Shown: positions 24,730 to 28,240 of the stretch, piece by piece | How positions within the stretch are numbered: the first letter of the stretch is position 1 | How the letters are laid out: every line of letters starts with the position of its first letter | DNA from: Candidatus Gastranaerophilales bacterium | GTDB taxonomy: Bacteria > Cyanobacteriota > Vampirovibrionia > Gastranaerophilales > JAILCC01 | DNA length: 28,240 nt | Direction of reading: 5' to 3' | Assembly: GCA_024408745.1 (NCBI GenBank) | Contig: JAKSUS010000001.1 | Span: 1-28,240, forward strand | Notes under the pieces: model-generated | The model's database searches: none | What the model was told of the DNA's origin: nothing | The model's input: only the letters and a program-made list of their open reading frames with translations | Translations under genes and position numbers: made by a program

Positions 24730-25592
24730 TATTTCATACCTTTAATTGCTTTAATTACGTCATCTTTTTTTGTTGAAGAAAGTTTAATATTATTTTCTTT
24801 GCAATATGCAAGCATTTCTTTATAACTCATTTTTTCAATGTCTTTTTCTTCTTTTTTTTCTCTTAATTCAGTAAGCATTTTTACGCACAAACCGTTGTAA
24901 TTTAACTCTGTTTCACCGTTTAAAATTAAATGTTTCTTTTCAGGTGGCAAGATTGAACCAATAACCAAACCGCTTTCAATACTTTTATTGTTTTTACCCT
25001 CTGTCCATACTTCATATCGACAATTTTCGTTAAATGCGTGTATTTCAAGTAATGTTTTTTTTCTTGGTGCCGTTGCACCTAATAATTTTTCTTCATCTGT
25101 AATTGGCATTAATTCTTCTTTCATAGTTAAAAACTCCTTAATTTTCAAATGCGGAATGTCAAACACTCCGTTTTCTGAATATTTATACATATTTATATAT
25201 GGCTTTAATTCATTTACGCATTTTCTGTTGTAGTTTTGAAAATCTGCTTTTATATCTCTATTATTACTCATCTGATTATTGGCAACTAAAAGAACGGAAT
25301 CATATCTTTTATAAATCAAATAATCGAGGCATAAAATAAGCGAACTATTGCGATTAGGCAAATAATGACCGTCAATAACCCCTTTTTTATCTCTATCATA
25401 ATTTATGCTTATAACAGGACAACTATCGCAATTTAAACATTTATCAACAATATCATCAGCGCATAATCTTATGTTAGGCTTTAATTCGGCACAATAATTG
25501 TTGCATGCGATTTTAAATACATCCGTATTTTTTAAAAGTTCTTTTTCTTCTTCTGTAATATCTGCATAAGTTAATATTATTGCTTTAGCCAT
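24729..25592 (-). CDS. Glycosyltransferase-like (Maf/DUF115/GT29-like) domain fused to a C-terminal HeH/Rho-N-like domain
   Basis: IACNN...P.IRLCAD and SSLILCLDYLIYKRYDSVLLVA resemble that fold; tail IEKMSYKEML.YCKENNI......KDDVIKAI. Confidence 0.45.
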   Translation of the reverse strand: MAKAIILTYADITEEEKELLKNTDVFKIACNNYCAELKPNIRLCADDIVDKCLNCDSCPVISINYDRDKKGVIDGHYLPNRNSSLILCLDYLIYKRYDSVLLVANNQMSNNRDIKADFQNYNRKCVNELKPYINMYKYSENGVFDIPHLKIKEFLTMKEELMPITDEEKLLGATAPRKKTLLEIHAFNENCRYEVWTEGKNNKSIESGLVIGSILPPEKKHLILNGETELNYNGLCVKMLTELREKKEEKDIEKMSYKEMLAYCKENNIKLSSTKKDDVIKAIKGMK

Positions 25593-26224
25593 AAGTCCAT
25601 ATCCTTTTTGTCCGAGCTTGGAAAATGCAAAATAACAGGATTATTACATGCTCTTTCTCCATAATCCCTTTTATAACAATAATTCCATTTCTCGTTTACT
25701 AATTTTATTTTGTCGTGGAAGCACCAATTTATTATAGTTTCATCTGCACTAAACGGCTCTTGTTTACCTATTGCGCCTTTCCAATTATCTTTAATTTGTT
25801 TAAAATAGTTTTCTTTGTTCATAAGCGATATATTAAACATCATCATGCCGGAACACGTATAATAGGGAAGTCCTAACTGTTTAGCTTGAATATCTGAATA
25901 TAAATGCCCTCTTGTTGCTAAAATATAATTATTTTCAAAATCAACATTAAATAAAGGCTCTAAACTACCTAAACAAACAGTATCACAATCAAGATACAAT
26001 GCTTTTTTAAGTTTGGGAAAATACTTTGGAATTAATAACCGCAAAAAACAAGCCTTTGAAACATGTTTAAATCCGCATAACTCATAAGTAAATTCTTTTA
26101 ATTCATTATTAATATCTTTTCTAATTGTATGTATTTTTGCTTGCGGGTTGTGTTTTAAAATACTTTCTTTAGACTTGTTAAATAATTCTTTGTAATTTTC
26201 ATCAAAACAATAAATTACATCCAT
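25577..26224 (-). CDS. Glycosyltransferase family 8
   Basis: YCFDENY, RLLIP, LYLDCD (DxD), SGMM.FN, DE..IN, WNY, ILHF. Confidence 0.92.
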   Translation of the reverse strand: MDVIYCFDENYKELFNKSKESILKHNPQAKIHTIRKDINNELKEFTYELCGFKHVSKACFLRLLIPKYFPKLKKALYLDCDTVCLGSLEPLFNVDFENNYILATRGHLYSDIQAKQLGLPYYTCSGMMMFNISLMNKENYFKQIKDNWKGAIGKQEPFSADETIINWCFHDKIKLVNEKWNYCYKRDYGERACNNPVILHFPSSDKKDMDLWLKQ

Positions 26225-26238
26225 AAATTACCTTTTTT

Positions 26239-26269
26239 AAAAAAGGCGAGGGTAAAAATACCCCCACCT
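26239..26269 (-). terminator. Intrinsic terminator after the capsid gene
   Basis: Minus strand AGGTGGGGGTA-tttt-TACCCTCGCCT then T-run. Confidence 0.75.
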
Positions 26270-26278
26270 AATTAATTC

Positions 26279-27184
26279 TTATAGAAAAGAACCAGTAACT
26301 TTAGAAGTTACGATACAATCAGGGTTAGCAACTTGACCACCGTAAACTAATAAGCATCTTACGAAATCGCCAACTTGGTCTTTATCTCTAAGAGTTTCAG
26401 TTTTAGTGATTTGTTCTGCGTAAGTGATAGCATCAGAAGTTAAAGCTACCATAGTTTGAGAGAAAACTGCTGCACTACCTGTACCTGTTTTATCAGTAGC
26501 GATATTAGTATCAACGAATACATCAAATCCACCTAAAGTACCGATTTGACCTTTTCTTAATACTTCAGCACCAACTGCATTAGCAAAGAATTGAGAGCAT
26601 TGTTTGATAACACCTTCAATTTCAGGAGTTACAACTAATGCCGGTCTTTTGCCTGCATAGTCAACACCATTGATTAAAGCATTTTTTCTGCCTAATACAG
26701 AATACATTTTGCATACTTCAGCCCAAACATTGTCTTTTGTTAATTGAAGAGCTGAATCTGTGTGCAATTTAGTAGTAGCATTAGCAACTGCTAAACCGTG
26801 AATGTATTTATCTTTAGTTTGAGATGCAGCAACAGCGATTCTGTTAATGTATTGATTAACTAAATCAATGTTAGATTGAACTTTTTGAATATCATCAACC
26901 AAGAATGGAATGATTTTTTGTTGAGATATTTCAAGAGCTTGTTTGTCACCTGTTGGGTCTTGGTAAGTAATACCAGAAAAACCTGTTGCAGTTGGGTTGT
27001 AATCAGAAACTGTCAAAGAGCCTAAAGTATAGAAGTAAACTTTATCACCCTTAGATTTAATTTCGCCTTCGTACTTGTGATTAACGATATCCATATATTT
27101 ACCGTGATCATCAAGAGTTGCGTTTAATTTAGCACTCCATAATTCAGGAGTAAATCCACCATTTTTTACTGATATGTCTGTCAT
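26279..27184 (-). CDS. Major capsid protein (P22 gp5-like, HK97 fold)
   Basis: FTPELWSA.L...YEGEIK..GDKV...GQIG...GF.V...R.LLVYG; Ala-rich; follows scaffold; own terminator. Confidence 0.85.
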   Translation of the reverse strand: MTDISVKNGGFTPELWSAKLNATLDDHGKYMDIVNHKYEGEIKSKGDKVYFYTLGSLTVSDYNPTATGFSGITYQDPTGDKQALEISQQKIIPFLVDDIQKVQSNIDLVNQYINRIAVAASQTKDKYIHGLAVANATTKLHTDSALQLTKDNVWAEVCKMYSVLGRKNALINGVDYAGKRPALVVTPEIEGVIKQCSQFFANAVGAEVLRKGQIGTLGGFDVFVDTNIATDKTGTGSAAVFSQTMVALTSDAITYAEQITKTETLRDKDQVGDFVRCLLVYGGQVANPDCIVTSKVTGSFL

Positions 27185-27190
27185 TTTAAA

Positions 27191-28177
27191 TTATCCTTTC
27201 ATAATTACCGCATCCACTTTTTCCATACCGAATTTCTTAACTGCCTTTTGATACAAACTAGGATTAGCAATCATTTCATCTCGTGTAGGTATTCCAGATG
27301 CTTGTTTTTGTACTACTGTTTCGCCTGTCGGAACCGTCGCGTTTGCTTTGGTCTTTTCGGCTTCTTGTTTGACTAAATACTCTTTAACTCCTATTTCTTT
27401 AATCTTTTGAATAGCTTTTGTAGTCATATCCAAATCAACTCCGCCCGTTAAATCAAACATTTGTTTCACTATTGAATGAATTTCAGGAGAGTAATTTTCG
27501 CTATCTTGATAAAGTAAGGTTTTTAATTCGGGTATTTCATCAACTTTTTGAGCTAATGAGTTAGCTCGTTGCTCCCTGTCTAATCTAATGGCTTTGTCAA
27601 ATTCAGATTGCATTTTGTCGGTTAAATTGCGTTTTTCTATCGCAATTTGTTCAACAATATCCGCTCTGAAATAGTCTTTAACTTGTGCCATTTTTGCTTC
27701 ATATGCTCGTTTGTTTTGCGGGTTATAAAGTTGTTTTGCTTCATTTAATAAAGCTTCTACTGTGTTTCTTTCATCTCCGTTTAATTGACGAGCCAATGAG
27801 TCGTACGCCAGAAACTCTTTATTATCGACATCGAACCTATAGCGATTTTCAAAATCAGGGTTAATTTTTCCTTTGTCATCAACTAGTTGAGGTTGAAGTT
27901 GTTTTTTTAATTGTGCTAATTCTTGAGAAACTTTTGTAAAAGATGCTTGATTGTCTTTTGCTATTTTTTCCCAATCTTTCGTAGCTTCAACCGTAGGTGT
28001 CGCTTTTGGAGTTTCTTCTGTGATTTCAGTTCCGTCAATCACGGTATTATCAGGCTCATTAGTTACATTTTGCTCAATAGTCTGATTTTCAGGTTGAGTG
28101 TTTTCGCTTGTAACTTCTTGAGTAGTCTTTTCAACCGATGTTTCGGGAGTAGTTGAAATGTTTTGCGTTTCTTCCAT
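27191..28177 (-). CDS. Capsid scaffolding protein
   Basis: Acidic Thr/Glu-rich N-terminus, coiled coils, directly upstream of capsid gene. Confidence 0.7.
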   Translation of the reverse strand: MEETQNISTTPETSVEKTTQEVTSENTQPENQTIEQNVTNEPDNTVIDGTEITEETPKATPTVEATKDWEKIAKDNQASFTKVSQELAQLKKQLQPQLVDDKGKINPDFENRYRFDVDNKEFLAYDSLARQLNGDERNTVEALLNEAKQLYNPQNKRAYEAKMAQVKDYFRADIVEQIAIEKRNLTDKMQSEFDKAIRLDREQRANSLAQKVDEIPELKTLLYQDSENYSPEIHSIVKQMFDLTGGVDLDMTTKAIQKIKEIGVKEYLVKQEAEKTKANATVPTGETVVQKQASGIPTRDEMIANPSLYQKAVKKFGMEKVDAVIMKG

Positions 28178-28216
28178 AGATTTTTCCTTTGCTTTTTTGC
28201 GCTACAGAATAGCCGA

Positions 28217-28240
28217 TTAGTTTTGAACCCTTTCGGCTTG
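28217..28240 (-). CDS. 3' end of an upstream gene truncated by the window edge
   Basis: Minus strand CAA GCC GAA AGG GTT CAA AAC TAA; too short to identify. Confidence 0.3.
   Translation of the reverse strand, partial: QAERVQN

Noticed and set aside
14613-28156. Shadow ORFs at 14613, 14647, 16582, 16757, 16998, 18917, 24988 and 27923
   Set aside because: Lie within long structural genes, with no SD or motif support.

Overview
AT-rich temperate phage DNA, probably the non-integrated form, because phage genes flank an attP-like site on both sides. The + strand arm (1-12306) carries an Arc-like switch gene, a RecE/RecT-like recombination pair, a replication initiator with tandem repeats, many small accessory genes, a C5 DNA methyltransferase, an excisionase and a tyrosine integrase. 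An attP-like region follows (about 12276-12503), holding the 5' half of a Ser-type tRNA and four 11-bp arm repeats. The - strand arm (12852-28240) is a podovirus-like late module: scaffold, P22-like capsid, two glycosyltransferase-like genes, adaptor, nozzle, ejection proteins, tail fibres and lysis genes. No tape measure is seen; portal, terminase and repressor lie outside the window. Most notable: (1) three otherwise normal genes, including the main tail fibre, are interrupted only by a single in-frame TGA, suggesting UGA read-through or incipient TGA=Trp recoding, although TGA also ends about ten other genes; (2) a glycosyltransferase-like pair directly after the capsid gene, suggesting virion glycosylation; (3) an att site carrying the 5' rather than 3' tRNA half; (4) stacked terminator-like hairpins with repeats and anti-SD loops. 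The host is tentatively a gut Melainabacteria (Gastranaerophilales), inferred from recalled protein motifs. All product calls come from motif reading, not database searches.
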